Shown: positions 10,218 to 20,549 of the stretch, piece after piece
How the letters are laid out: each line of letters opens with the position of its first letter
Numbering within the stretch: the stretch's first letter is position 1
Assembly: GCA_963793865.1 (NCBI GenBank)
Contig: CAWCBP010000011.1
Coordinates: 32,001-96,000, forward strand
DNA: 64,000 nucleotides
Direction of reading: 5' to 3'
DNA from: an uncultured delta proteobacterium
GTDB taxonomy: Bacteria > Desulfobacterota > WTBG01
The notes under the pieces: model-generated
Database searches by the model: none
Seen by the model: only the letters and a program-made list of their open reading frames with translations
Told to the model about the DNA's origin: nothing
Translations under genes and position numbers: made by a program

Positions 10218-10652
10218 ATGCATAAAAACATTATCTGCAGGATTGCTGAAACAGAAGGGGAATTGGAAGAGGCGTACCGCATACGCCATGAAATTTTTGT
10301 GAGGGAGCAGAAGCTCTTTCAGCACACCGACAGGGACGTATTTGACGAGCGGGCGGTTCACATCGTGGCATTCATGGATGATGAGATGGTGGGAACGGTG
10401 CGTATTTATGAAAAGGAGCAAGACACCTGGTACGGCGGCCGGCTTGCGGTGAAAAAGGGATTCAGGGGACGGGTGGGCGCCCTGCTGGTAAAGAAGGCGG
10501 TGGAGACGGTCAAAGAGCGGAAGGCAAGGCGCTTCCTGGCATACATACAGCTGCCGAGCGTTTCTTTTTTTAAACGCAACCGCTGGAAGGCGGTGGGGGA
10601 TGTTACTTCCTACCATGGTGTGCCCCATCAGTTGATGGAGGCAGGGCTTTAG
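10218..10652 (+). CDS. GNAT acetyltransferase, MSMEG_0567/Sll0786 (NitE)-like
   Basis: IRHEIFVREQKLF..TDRD, VGTVRIY, WYGGRLAV, FLAYIQ, HQLMEAGL; adjacent to an Sll0787-like gene. Confidence 0.8.
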   Translation: MHKNIICRIAETEGELEEAYRIRHEIFVREQKLFQHTDRDVFDERAVHIVAFMDDEMVGTVRIYEKEQDTWYGGRLAVKKGFRGRVGALLVKKAVETVKERKARRFLAYIQLPSVSFFKRNRWKAVGDVTSYHGVPHQLMEAGL

Positions 10653-10707
10653 CCGGCCTGTTTGAAATTTTTCCATACACCATCAGACTGTGGGCTAATC
10701 TATTTCG

Positions 10708-10817
10708 GTCGTTGCGAGCGACCGGAGGGAGCGCGGCAATCTCTGTTTTAATAATTTATGAGATTGCTTCGGTCGTTTCACTCCCTGGCCGGGCGCTGGG
10801 CAGGCCCTCGCAATGAC
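10708..10817. repeat. GTC(A/G)TTGCGAG...CTCGCAATGAC palindromic element (REP/RPE-like)
   Basis: Terminal inverted repeat plus internal GCAATCTC/GAGATTGC; related copies at 30448, 31503, 42255. Confidence 0.75.
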
Positions 10818-10906
10818 ATTATACTGTACTGCCTCGAACTTATTCGCGAATGCATCACGCATGAATGGGCCCTGCCGAAATTTTAAGAAAAAAATCGGGC
10901 ATAAAA

Positions 10907-11884
10907 ATGGAATTGAAAGACATTGTCACGGATATCAGAAACTATGCCGGCATAACCAGGAAGAGTGATATCGGCCGGCTGGTAGAAATGCTGGGCGGCG
11001 GCCGGGAGGCGGGCAGTTCCCGGGTGGTGACGGGGTTCGGAGAGGATGCCGCCGCCATTGCCCATGGTGATCACTACCTGCTGCTCGCCGCCGAAGGGAT
11101 GTGGCCCCGGTTCATTAATGCCGAGCCGTATGCAGCGGGCAAGGCTGCAGTGACCGCCAGCGTCAATGACATCTATGCCATGGGCGGCCGGCCCCTGGCC
11201 ATGGTCAATGTTCTTTCTGTTGCCAACGGGGAGCAGCGCGACCTGGTCATGGAAGGGGTTCGCAAGGGCTGTGAGAAATTGATGGTGCCGATGGTGGGGG
11301 GTCATTTGAATCCCGATGCGGGGGAAGTTTCCCTTGCGGTTGCCATCCTGGGCACGGCCCGCAGCCTGCTCCAGTCCACCAATGCCCGTGCGGGGCAGAA
11401 GGTCGTCCTGGCGGTCGATCTGAACGGCGAACATGGTCGATGCAAATCGGTGGCAAGCTGGGACGTGCATTCGGGGAAGACGCCGGAATACCTTGTGGAG
11501 CGCCTGTCGCTTTTGCCCTTTATTGCCGAGGCCGGGCTGTGCCGGACCGCCAAGGATGTGAGCAACGGGGGCATCGTCGGCACCCTCTCCCTGCTCTGCG
11601 AATATTCGGGCACCGGCGCGCGCCTCATCCTCGATTCCATACCGCGGCCGCCTCAGATGGAACTTCCGGCCTGGATAAAGGCGTTTCTCAGCTACGGATT
11701 TCTTCTGTGCGTTGAAGAACCCGCGCTGACTTCATGCCTGGATGTGTTTCAGGGGAAAGGCATCACCGCCGCGGTCATCGGCGAGATCATCAAAGAGCGC
11801 CGCATGATACTGTGCTATCATGGCGATGAAGAGACACTCTTTGATTTGACCCGGGAGACCTTGACAGGGGGGGCGGCATGCTGA
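10907..11884 (+). CDS. AIR synthase-related protein, Sll0787 (NitF)/PurM-like family
   Basis: GEDAAAI, VNDIYAMGGRP, VGGH, AKDVSNGGIVGT motifs. Confidence 0.85.
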   Translation: MELKDIVTDIRNYAGITRKSDIGRLVEMLGGGREAGSSRVVTGFGEDAAAIAHGDHYLLLAAEGMWPRFINAEPYAAGKAAVTASVNDIYAMGGRPLAMVNVLSVANGEQRDLVMEGVRKGCEKLMVPMVGGHLNPDAGEVSLAVAILGTARSLLQSTNARAGQKVVLAVDLNGEHGRCKSVASWDVHSGKTPEYLVERLSLLPFIAEAGLCRTAKDVSNGGIVGTLSLLCEYSGTGARLILDSIPRPPQMELPAWIKAFLSYGFLLCVEEPALTSCLDVFQGKGITAAVIGEIIKERRMILCYHGDEETLFDLTRETLTGGAAC

Positions 11885-12267
11885 AAGCTAAGGTTTTGTC
11901 CGCCGGCGCTGTTCCTTATAAGGTGAGCGCTGAGGTGCGGCTGATAGGAGCCGATCTTCTGGTGGTCATCACCGGCGGTGACCGGCCCCACATCGGTTCG
12001 GCCGCGGTGGCACTGCCGCGCGCCAGCCTGCGGGACCGAGGGGTGATGAGCGCGACCTCATCGGTTTATAATGTTCCCGGGCATAAGGACCAGGTGCTGG
12101 CGCAGCGGGTGTCCGAGGTGCTTTCTTCCAGGCTCAACCGCACCGTAGTGGCGGTGGCGGGCTTCCATCTCGACGGCATCAGTGAGAAGGGGATTAAAAA
12201 GGTGATGGCAAATGCTGAAAGGCTGGCGGAAAAAATACACGCCTCGCTTAAAAAGATGAAGCTATAA
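11878..12267 (+). CDS. LpdD-like (prenylated-FMN chaperone / PAC-fold) small protein
   Basis: DLLVVITGGDRPHIGS, PGHKD, VAGFHLD pattern; overlaps upstream gene. Confidence 0.65.
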   Translation: MLKAKVLSAGAVPYKVSAEVRLIGADLLVVITGGDRPHIGSAAVALPRASLRDRGVMSATSSVYNVPGHKDQVLAQRVSEVLSSRLNRTVVAVAGFHLDGISEKGIKKVMANAERLAEKIHASLKKMKL

Positions 12268-12316
12268 CCATCAGGAGGGCAATGCCTGCTTTCCCTGGTG
12301 ATGAAGGAGAACTGCA

Positions 12317-12919
12317 ATGACAGATAATCATGGTCAACCGGCAGTAAGCGCTGAGAGTGCCCTGCGGAAATTACTGGATGGCAATGCGCGGTATGTTTCA
12401 GCCGGGCCGGCTTACCCCAACCAGACAGTGGCACGCCGCACGGAAATCATAAAAGGCCAGCATCCCTTTGCCATAATCGTCGGCTGTTCCGACTCCAGGG
12501 TGCCGCCGGAAATCATCTTTGACCAGGGCCTGGGTGATTTGTTTGTTGTCCGCTTACCCGGGCATGTCGTCATCGATGAGGTTTTGGGCAGCATAGAATA
12601 CGCGGTAGAGCATCTGGGCACGCGACTGGTCATGGTTCTGGGGCATGAAAGATGTGGTGCAGTGGAAGCTGTTGTGAAGGGAGCTGAAGCTTCGGGGCAC
12701 ATTGGTAGTCTGGTTAAGGCCATTAAGCCCGCCGTGGATAGAGCAAAAAGCCGGCCCGGTGACCTGCTTGAAAATGCGATCAGGGAAAATGTGGCAATGA
12801 CGGTTGTCGGCCTACAATCTTCTTTGCCGCTGCTGGCACATCAGGTGAAAGATGGCGGTTTAAAAATAGTCGGAGCTTATTACAGTCTGGACGACGGCAA
12901 GGTGACAATTATCCCGTAG
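12317..12919 (+). CDS. Beta-class carbonic anhydrase
   Basis: GCSDSRVPPE, GSIEYAV, LGHERCGAV zinc motifs. Confidence 0.95.
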   Translation: MTDNHGQPAVSAESALRKLLDGNARYVSAGPAYPNQTVARRTEIIKGQHPFAIIVGCSDSRVPPEIIFDQGLGDLFVVRLPGHVVIDEVLGSIEYAVEHLGTRLVMVLGHERCGAVEAVVKGAEASGHIGSLVKAIKPAVDRAKSRPGDLLENAIRENVAMTVVGLQSSLPLLAHQVKDGGLKIVGAYYSLDDGKVTIIP

Positions 12920-12965
12920 AACACCGGCACACAGGCTGCTATTGTTTTCTTCATCAATTGAATCC

Positions 12966-13187
12966 TCAAACAGCAATCCGGTTTCCTTCTTTGTGATTTT
13001 CTAAATCAGGTACCGGAGTTGTGCTCGATGAAACCCGTTCATGACAGATTAAGTGACGGGGCTTTTGACAAAAATAAGCGCTGCCCAATGACACGGAAAA
13101 TGGACAGTATGATGGATCGTCTTCCAGGCACCTTATAAAATTATCTATTCCAACGGACTGTATTTTACACATAGTTTTCTTTTGCAT
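12966..13187 (-). CDS. Small Cys-containing hypothetical protein
   Basis: CKIQSVGIDNFIRCLEDDPSYCPFSVSLGSAYFC, four spaced Cys; start codon uncertain. Confidence 0.5.
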   Translation of the reverse strand: MQKKTMCKIQSVGIDNFIRCLEDDPSYCPFSVSLGSAYFCQKPRHLICHERVSSSTTPVPDLENHKEGNRIAV

Positions 13188-13267
13188 GCTTAAAGGTGGT
13201 TCACCAGTCAAGAGGATTTATAAGAGATGGATGTTTTTATAATATTTCAACATTATAGGCAATAGGC

Positions 13268-13305
13268 AAAACCCTGATTTTTGACTTCGAAAACCCTGAT
13301 TTTGA
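13268..13305. promoter_or_regulatory. Direct repeat AAAACCCTGATTTT x2, 22-bp period (candidate regulator site)
   Basis: Copies begin at 13268 and 13290 in an AT-rich intergenic region. Confidence 0.45.
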
Positions 13306-13322
13306 TGATTTGAAAAGCATGA

Positions 13323-13362
13323 GAAACAAAAGAGGTAGTCTTTTGACCACCTCTTTTGTTTC
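13323..13362 (-). terminator. Intrinsic terminator downstream of the Cys-rich repeat gene
   Basis: 18-bp stem gaaacaaaagaggtggtc/gactacctcttttgtttc (one G-U on minus strand), 4-nt loop. Confidence 0.75.
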
Positions 13363-13450
13363 AATTAAGGTTAATTCTTCTCAGCAATTCAGCTTACAGT
13401 AAGGTGTTACCTCCTTTAAAATCCCGCTTTCATAGTTAGCCCAAAGGCTT

Positions 13451-16228
13451 TTAACGTCCCTGTTTCCAGATAAGGAACATTCGCTTGAGTGATGATGCGA
13501 GTGCGCCTTGACATGCGTCAGCTTCCTCATCGCACACCCCGTTGAGCGCGCAGGGATCGCCGCTACTGATGCAGGAGTCAGACTCTTCATCGCAGTATTC
13601 GGTGCCGTCGCAGAAGGCGCCATTGTCAGTGCAGTCAACCGGAGTGCCGGGCTGGCAATCAAACACCGGGTCGCAGACTTCACTGCCGTTGCAGTACACT
13701 CCATCCGAACAGGAATCGTTGTCCGGATCATGTACACAGGTGTCGGAGGTTTCGTCACAGGCATCAATGGTACAGACCACATCATCATTGCAGTCAACCG
13801 CCGTCCCGGCCTGGCATATTCCCGCGCCGTCACAGGTTTCGGCGCCGTTGCAGTAGACCTCGTCGGAACAGGGGCTGCCGGCATCTGCGAAGACGCAGTT
13901 GTCAGCAGCAGTCGCCGCTTATCATATTGCCGTCATCGCACTGCTCCTCACCGCACAGCACTCCATCACCGCACTCACAGAGTACTGCCGGGTCGCAGGC
14001 ATCGGTTTCCTCATTGCATCGTTCACCCGCTTCGCAGGGATCGCCGCTGCTGACACAGGTGTCGCCTGTTTCATCGCAGGCCTCGGTGCCGTCGCAGAAG
14101 GCGCCGTTGTCCGGGCACTCAACCGGTGTCCCGGGCTGGCAGCCCAGCGACGGATCGCAGGTTTCCATGCCATTGCAGAACATGGCATCATCGCAGGCAT
14201 CATTGCCGGGAATGTATTCACAACCGTCTTCATCTTCACTGCAGGTGTCGGTTGTACAGGCGACACCGTCGTCGCATATAACCGGGGTGCCGGGCTGGCA
14301 TAAGCCCGCGCCGTCACAGGTTTCCGCGCCGTTGCAGTATACGCCGTCAGGGCAGGGGCTGGCCGCAGCTTCAAATGTACAAGTGGCGCTGCAGCAGTCG
14401 CCGTCTGACGTATTGCCGTCATCACACTGCTCCTCGCCGCACAGGATCCATCGCCGCAGTGACAGATGACTACCGGGTCGCAGGCATCGGTTTCCTCGTT
14501 GCACACATAGCCCTCTCCGCAGGGATCGCCGCTGCTGGCACAGGTATCGCCGTTTTCATCGCAGGACTCGGTGCCGTCGCAGAAGGCGCCGTTGTCGGGA
14601 CAGTCAACCGGCGTCCCAAGCTGGCAGCCAGCCAACGGATCGCACACCTCACTGCCGTTGCAATACTGCCCGTCGGAACAGTACGTATCGTCAGGGATGT
14701 TATCACAGCTGTCCGTCGTCTCATTGCAAGCATCGGTGGTGCAGGCTACCGCGTCGCTGCATTCCACCGGTGTGCCGGGCAGACAAACGCCCGCGCCGTC
14801 ACAGGTTTCCGCCCCGTTGCAATAAATGTCATCCGCACAGAGGCTTCCCGCGGCGTCTAAGATGCACTGTGCGCTGCAGCAGTCTCCGTCTATTGAATTG
14901 CCGTCATCACACTGCTCATCACCACATATAACGCCGTCACCGCAGGTGCAGATAACTACCGGATCACAGGCATCGGTATCTTCATTGCACACATCTCCCG
15001 CTCCGCAGGGGTCGCCGCTGCTGGCACAGATGTCGCCATTTTCATCACAGTATTCAGTACCGTCGCAGAACAAACCATCGTCCGGGCAATCAACTGGCGC
15101 GCCGGGCTGGCAGCCAGCCAGGGGGTCGCAGATTTCAGCGCCATTGCAGTATTGCAAGTCGTCGCAGGAGGCATTGTCCGGATCATGAACACAGGCATCG
15201 GAAGTCTCGTCGCAGGCATCGGTGGTGCAGGCTACCCGTCGCTGCAGTCGACCGGCGTACCGGCCAGGCAGACTCCGGCGCCGTTACAGGCTTCTTCGCC
15301 GTTGCAGAACTCACTATCGGGGCAAGGGCTTCCTGCTATATCGAATTGACACGCGGAGTCGCAGCAGTCTCCGCCCAGCACGTTGCCGTCATCACATTCT
15401 TCGCCAGGATCCACTATTCCGTTACCGCACTCTATCAGAATGCAGCTATCACTTGACTCATCACATGATAAAGGGGATTCACAGGGGTCGCCGCTGCTGG
15501 CACAGGCATCACCGGCTTCATCGCAGTACTCGGTGCCGTCGCAGAAGGAGCCATTGTCAGTACATACAACCGGGGTACCGGGCTGACATGCTCCGCCAAG
15601 ACAGGTTTCCTGGCCGTTACAGAATAATCCATCGTCACATTCCGCATCGCTGCCGCATCCGCAGATGTCGGTATCCTCATAGCAGACGGTCGGCGGAATA
15701 CAGGGATCGCCGCTGCTGATACAGGCATCGCTGACTTCATCGCATGACTCAACGCCGTTGCAAAAAAGGCCGTCATCGGGGCATTCGGCCGGGATGCCGG
15801 GCTGACACGCCTTGTCAATGCAGGTTTCCACACCGTTACAATATAAACCATCATCGCAATCCGCATCTTCCTTGCATTTCTTATCCGAGGCGGGCGGTAT
15901 ATCTGCGCTTGCCGCGCATCGCTGAATGGCTCCTTTTGCCTGCCCGTCGATCAAACCTTCTTTTTTCCATGTATTGGTAAGGTGGGCCACGCAGCTGACA
16001 AAGGCGCCATGATTCACGGCTCCCTCACCGCAGCTCATGATTTGACCATTCATGGTCCCATCAATATCTGTTACACCGCTGTCACACCCGTCAATGATAA
16101 TTGTCACAGGCGACGGGGTCGATCACCGTGCTGTTTTTCGGGCCGGCTGCAGCATCCGAGCTGAAGGGTAGAAACAATAAGGTTGGCAGAAGCAGTAAGT
16201 ACGGTTTTGATAAAAATTTTCTGTTCAT
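13451..16228 (-). CDS. Large secreted Cys/Asp-rich repeat protein (DUF4215/myxococcal Cys-rich-like repeats), ~925 aa, four apparent frameshifts
   Basis: GGAGG RBS, signal peptide MNRKFLSKPYLLLLPTLLFLPFSSDA; ORFs 15232-16107, 13922-15157, 13902-14504, 13451-13780 join across breaks near 16107, 15236, 14447, 13903; CGDG...EQCDDGN...GDCC and CDDGxFCNGxEXC repeats. Confidence 0.85.
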
Positions 16229-16636
16229 GGTTTTACCTCCGGGTTAATGGGTGGGAAAAGTATCGGTTGACCTATCAGCATTTTTCATACCATCCGCAGA
16301 TTGCTGTTTTTTGTGCACCGCTTTGTTTCCCGGGAATGCTTTAATTGACAACGGAATGAATCTCACAAATATAATCTTTGATAATCTTTTATGTGAATGT
16401 GTTGCTGCCGGTACATTAGAAAAATGTAGACTGCTTGCGTATCAAATTTTATACGATTGAAAAGAAACGGTAACAGGACCCGGTTGAGTTTTGGGCCGGG
16501 CAATCATGACATGTGCGAATGTCGGGTGGTGAAAGAAGCGAGGGATAAGCCGGGATCATCTCCCGGAAAGCGGTGTGCCCCTTGATGGGCATATGGGGAT
16601 TGATGCGGGTAAGTCAGGTGCAACACCCGGAAATCT

Positions 16637-17863
16637 TTAGTGCACCAGCTCCGACAGGGGGACAAAAGTAACACCCTGCTGCCTGAGCAGGGGAAGGTAT
16701 TTTTTGAGGGCGCTGATGGTGTGGGGATGGGGGTGGCCGATGACCACCAGGCTGCCCCCCTTTTTTTTGGCGAGAGGCAGAATTTTTCGCAGCTGCATTT
16801 CTATGGACCCCTGGTCCCGGCTGTTATCGAGGAACAGATCGCGCTGCGCTGCCTTGAGCATCATCTTCCCGGCAAGACTGTAAGCAACGGTCTTCCTGCT
16901 GGTGCGGCTGTCCAGAAAGTAGAGACCTTTTTCTTCCAGGGCCTCCAGCAGCCAGGACATTTTTTCGCTGTCCTCGGTGAACTTTGAGCCCATGTGGCTG
17001 CTTACCCCGCTGAGATGGGGCACCGCCCCGAGGTTTCTTTCAATCTGCTCCAGCAGGTGCGGCCGGTCCATGTTCGTCAGCAGCGTTCCGCGGTTGATTG
17101 CGTGGTTTCCGCTGTTCCAGGGTTCGAGCGGAAGATGGAGAATGATTTCCCCGCTGCCATTTGCGTGGATTTCGTCGGCAATTTTTACGGAGTGGGTGCG
17201 AAAGGGGAGTATGGCATAGGTGATCGACACCTCCAGCCCCTCAAGCTCTTTAAAGACGCGGTAGTTTTCCCCCAGGTCATCAATAACCAGCGCGACACGG
17301 CACGCCGGTTCCTGCAGTTTCGGGGCTTGCGGTGGAAGCGGGGGAGGCGCCTGATGGAACACAAGCCGGTGGGTTACATGGTCCCCGACACGGATGGTGA
17401 TGCTTAAGCAGGTGTCACTGTCGTACGCCGCGTCCGCCCTGAGTCCTTCCGGCGCAAACAGCTCGCGCGATCCGGCGCTGACGTGCTCAACCTGGTGAAG
17501 ACTTATTTCCGGAGGAAGGGTGACGGTGATGACACTTTCATTCCATGTCAATTCACCGTCCTTCCTGGGCAACTGTTCAAGGGTGATCTGTTCCCCGCCG
17601 AGCGAGAGCGAAGAGATGATGCGGGAGGCCATCCCATCCGCGGCCTGCATTTTCTCCCGAATCGATTGCCCGGCCGGCTGAGAGGGGAGGGGAGGCAGCG
17701 GCCGGTGCGTCCTCTCGCGCAACAGGTAAAGCGCCGCGAGCAGGACCAGGGCGCCGAGAACGCCCATGACAAGTGCCAGCCGGGTGGCTGAGCTTCCTGC
17801 CTGCCTCTGCCGGGAGCTGAGCGCGCATCCGGGCAAATCTCTTTTCAGCCTCTGCCGGATCAT
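16637..17863 (-). CDS. Divergent polysaccharide deacetylase (YibQ family)
   Basis: ALVIDDLG, HLPLEP, SHMGS, FLDSRT, RDLFLDN, IGHP; follows ctpA. Confidence 0.92.
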   Translation of the reverse strand: MIRQRLKRDLPGCALSSRQRQAGSSATRLALVMGVLGALVLLAALYLLRERTHRPLPPLPSQPAGQSIREKMQAADGMASRIISSLSLGGEQITLEQLPRKDGELTWNESVITVTLPPEISLHQVEHVSAGSRELFAPEGLRADAAYDSDTCLSITIRVGDHVTHRLVFHQAPPPLPPQAPKLQEPACRVALVIDDLGENYRVFKELEGLEVSITYAILPFRTHSVKIADEIHANGSGEIILHLPLEPWNSGNHAINRGTLLTNMDRPHLLEQIERNLGAVPHLSGVSSHMGSKFTEDSEKMSWLLEALEEKGLYFLDSRTSRKTVAYSLAGKMMLKAAQRDLFLDNSRDQGSIEMQLRKILPLAKKKGGSLVVIGHPHPHTISALKKYLPLLRQQGVTFVPLSELVH

Positions 17864-19248
17864 GAACGGTCTTTGGCCGGCGGGATTTGCGTGCCCATCT
17901 TTTTAAAGATGTTCCAGCTCTTGAGCAGCTGGGTGGCCCGCGTAAGCTGCGGGTCCTCTTCGTCCCCCGCTTTTTCTTCCTCCTCCTGTTCCGGCACCTG
18001 CTCCTCGTCCTGTTTTTGCTCCTGCTCCTGCTTCTTTGTCTCAGGGGCAGCGGTCTCTTCCGGTTTCCCGTCAGGTCCAAAATGACCCTTGAGATCCTTT
18101 TCCTTGATGACCGGCATTTCCTTTCTCTCCCCCGTTGCCGGAGGAGCAGCTTTATCTTTCACGATAACGTCCGGCACAATGCCGGTGGCCTGGATCGATC
18201 TGCCGTTCGGCGTATAGTACAGGGCGGTTGTCAGCCGCAGGCCCGATCCGTCATCGAGGGGGATTATGGTTTGAACTGAAGCCTTGCCGAAGGTTGTGGT
18301 TCCCAGGACGACCGCCCGGTTCCGGTCCTGGAGTGCGCCTGCCACGATTTCCGAACCGCTGGCGCTTCCCGCGTTGACCAGCACGATGATGGGGTAATCC
18401 CGTTTCTCGTCATCGGGATGGGCGGTAAATCGCATGTCCTGTCCGGAGAGCCTCCCCTGGGTGTAGACGATGAGACCGTCCTCAAGGAATTCATCACAAA
18501 CGGTGACCGCCTGGTCCAGGAGTCCGCCGGGATTGTTGCGCAGGTCAATCACCAGCCCCTCAATCGGCTTTTGGCTTCCCTCCAGGTCTTCAAGCGCCCT
18601 GGAAAACTCTTCGCCGGTGTTTTCCTGGAACTGGCTCAGCCTGATGTAGCCGATGGTGTCTTCCTCCAATCGCTTGTACTTGACGCTTTTTATGCGGATG
18701 GTTTCCCGGGTGAGTTTAAAATCCCTGGGCTCGAAGAAGCCTTCCCTGATGATGGTGATGGTGACAGTGGTCCCGGCCGGGCCCCTCATTTTTTTCACCG
18801 CGTCAATCAGGGTCATGTTTTCGGTCGTCTCCCCGTCGATGCTCAGGATTTTGTCCTCGGCCTTCAGCCCCGCCCGGTAAGCGGGCGTGTCTTCAATGGG
18901 GGAGACGATGGTCAGGATGTTCTTTTTCATGGAAATCTCAATGCCGATGCCGCCGAAGCTCCCCTTGGTTTCAACCTGGAGCTCCTTGTACATGTCCGGC
19001 ATCATGAAGGAGGAGTGGGGGTCGAGGGTGCGCAGCATGCCGTTGATGGCGCCGTAGATGAGGTCCTCCGGCTTGGTTTCCTCGACGTAGTTTTTCTGGA
19101 TGATGCTGAGCACGTCGGAAAACACCTTCAGCTTTTTATACATCTCGTCGGTTTGCGCCCTCAGGGTGCCGCCCTGGGCTATGATAAACACCAGCGCCGC
19201 GGCAACGGCGGCAATGAAAAAGATTCCTTTCGATCTGTTTCTGTACAT
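17860..19248 (-). CDS. ctpA: Carboxyl-terminal processing protease (S41)
   Basis: LDPHS, GIGIEI (PDZ), DLRNNPGG, SASGSEIVAGAL, TFGKASVQ; GAGGAGG RBS. Confidence 0.96.
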   Translation of the reverse strand: MYRNRSKGIFFIAAVAAALVFIIAQGGTLRAQTDEMYKKLKVFSDVLSIIQKNYVEETKPEDLIYGAINGMLRTLDPHSSFMMPDMYKELQVETKGSFGGIGIEISMKKNILTIVSPIEDTPAYRAGLKAEDKILSIDGETTENMTLIDAVKKMRGPAGTTVTITIIREGFFEPRDFKLTRETIRIKSVKYKRLEEDTIGYIRLSQFQENTGEEFSRALEDLEGSQKPIEGLVIDLRNNPGGLLDQAVTVCDEFLEDGLIVYTQGRLSGQDMRFTAHPDDEKRDYPIIVLVNAGSASGSEIVAGALQDRNRAVVLGTTTFGKASVQTIIPLDDGSGLRLTTALYYTPNGRSIQATGIVPDVIVKDKAAPPATGERKEMPVIKEKDLKGHFGPDGKPEETAAPETKKQEQEQKQDEEQVPEQEEEEKAGDEEDPQLTRATQLLKSWNIFKKMGTQIPPAKDRS

Positions 19249-19317
19249 ATGTTCCTCCTCCGGCGGGTTAGATGGTTCCTCGCTTATCATGTTCAATGCT
19301 CAGTCAACGCGTGTCCG

Positions 19318-20529
19318 TTAGCGGATTTTCAGCCACTGCGCGGGATCGAGCGGCTTGCCGTGATGCCTCAGCTCAAAATAGAGGCAGGTGCCCTTGAGCG
19401 ACCCGGTATCCCCGGCAAGGGCAATGACCTCGCCGGCTTCCACCCCCTCACCGACTTTTTTCAGCATCTCCGAGAGATGGGCGGAAAGGCTGTAGTAGCC
19501 TTCGCCGTGGTCGACGATAATCATGTTCCCATAGCCCTTGAACCAGTCGGCATAGAGAACCTTGCCGTTATGGATTGTCCTGACCGATTCCCCCTGCCGG
19601 GCCGCTATCTCAATCCCTTTCTGGAAGAATACCGTGTTCAGCTCGGGATCGGTCCGGTTGCCGAAAGCACTGATGATCCTTCCGGAGACCGGAAGGGGAA
19701 GGCTTCCCTTGAGGACCGCAAATCCCTTGCCGGCAGGGGGAATATACTCTTCCTTCTTCTCCTCCCGGCGCTTTTCAAGGCCGTCGATGAATGTCTGCAG
19801 CTGCCGGGAGGCCTGTTCCAGCTCCCGCACCGCCGCCAGGTGAAGCTCCTTTTCAGAGCGTATGGTCTGCAGGAGCGCCGCTTTATCCTGCTTCTGCATG
19901 CTGACCTGCGATTCCGTCTCAAGCGCGTGAGATCGTGTCTCTTGGAGGGTCTCCCGGTTTTCCATGAGAGCGCCCTTTTTCCGGGCTTTGAGCTCGCGGG
20001 TTTCATTCATGCGGCTGATCATTTCGCGGTCCCGCTCCAGGACCAGCAGCAGGTACTTGACCTTCCGCGACAGATCGGCGGGGGACTGTGAGGAAAACGC
20101 GGTGCGAACGATGCCCCCTTTGCGGTTGAATTTATAAAGGGCGACAAGCCGCGATTGCAGCCCCTTTTCCTGTTCCGCCAGCTGCTGATCTATTTTTTTG
20201 AGCTGGCTGTCCAGGCTGAGCGCCTCGGTGGTGAGATGTTCCAGCCTGCTGTTGAGCCGGCTCACCTGGTTTTGATTTTCCGAAAGCTTTTTATCAATCT
20301 CGTCGAGCTGGCTGATGGTCGCCTGCTCCTGCTTCTCCGCCCGGATCAGTTCTTCCTTCTTTTGCTTAAGCTGCTGTTCAATGTCGGTTAATGTTTTTTT
20401 CTTCCTGGCAACTTCTTCGTCGCTGCCGCGCTGCCTTTGCTGGGCCTCTGCCTGCATCGGGGCAAGCACCACAAGGGCCGCTGCCAGACATATCGGAAAA
20501 ATGAGTTTGCGGGGTTTGATCACCTCCAC
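19318..20529 (-). CDS. envC: Murein hydrolase activator EnvC (coiled coil + M23)
   Basis: Long coiled coil; GYGNMIIVDHG, LYFELR; lies in ftsEX operon. Confidence 0.9.
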   Translation of the reverse strand: MEVIKPRKLIFPICLAAALVVLAPMQAEAQQRQRGSDEEVARKKKTLTDIEQQLKQKKEELIRAEKQEQATISQLDEIDKKLSENQNQVSRLNSRLEHLTTEALSLDSQLKKIDQQLAEQEKGLQSRLVALYKFNRKGGIVRTAFSSQSPADLSRKVKYLLLVLERDREMISRMNETRELKARKKGALMENRETLQETRSHALETESQVSMQKQDKAALLQTIRSEKELHLAAVRELEQASRQLQTFIDGLEKRREEKKEEYIPPAGKGFAVLKGSLPLPVSGRIISAFGNRTDPELNTVFFQKGIEIAARQGESVRTIHNGKVLYADWFKGYGNMIIVDHGEGYYSLSAHLSEMLKKVGEGVEAGEVIALAGDTGSLKGTCLYFELRHHGKPLDPAQWLKIR

Positions 20530-20549
20530 GGTCTCCTGAACAGGACAAG

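Noticed and set aside
16229..16636. c-di-GMP riboswitch upstream of the Cys-rich repeat gene
   Set aside because: No GEMM-type GGCAAA/GAAA/CGCAAAGC pattern found on the coding strand by eye
18418..20091. 557-aa plus-strand ORF and other long antisense ORFs (7166-8323, 9618-10676, 22186-23166, 61699-62910)
   Set aside because: Shadow frames opposite well-supported GC-rich genes; no recognisable motifs
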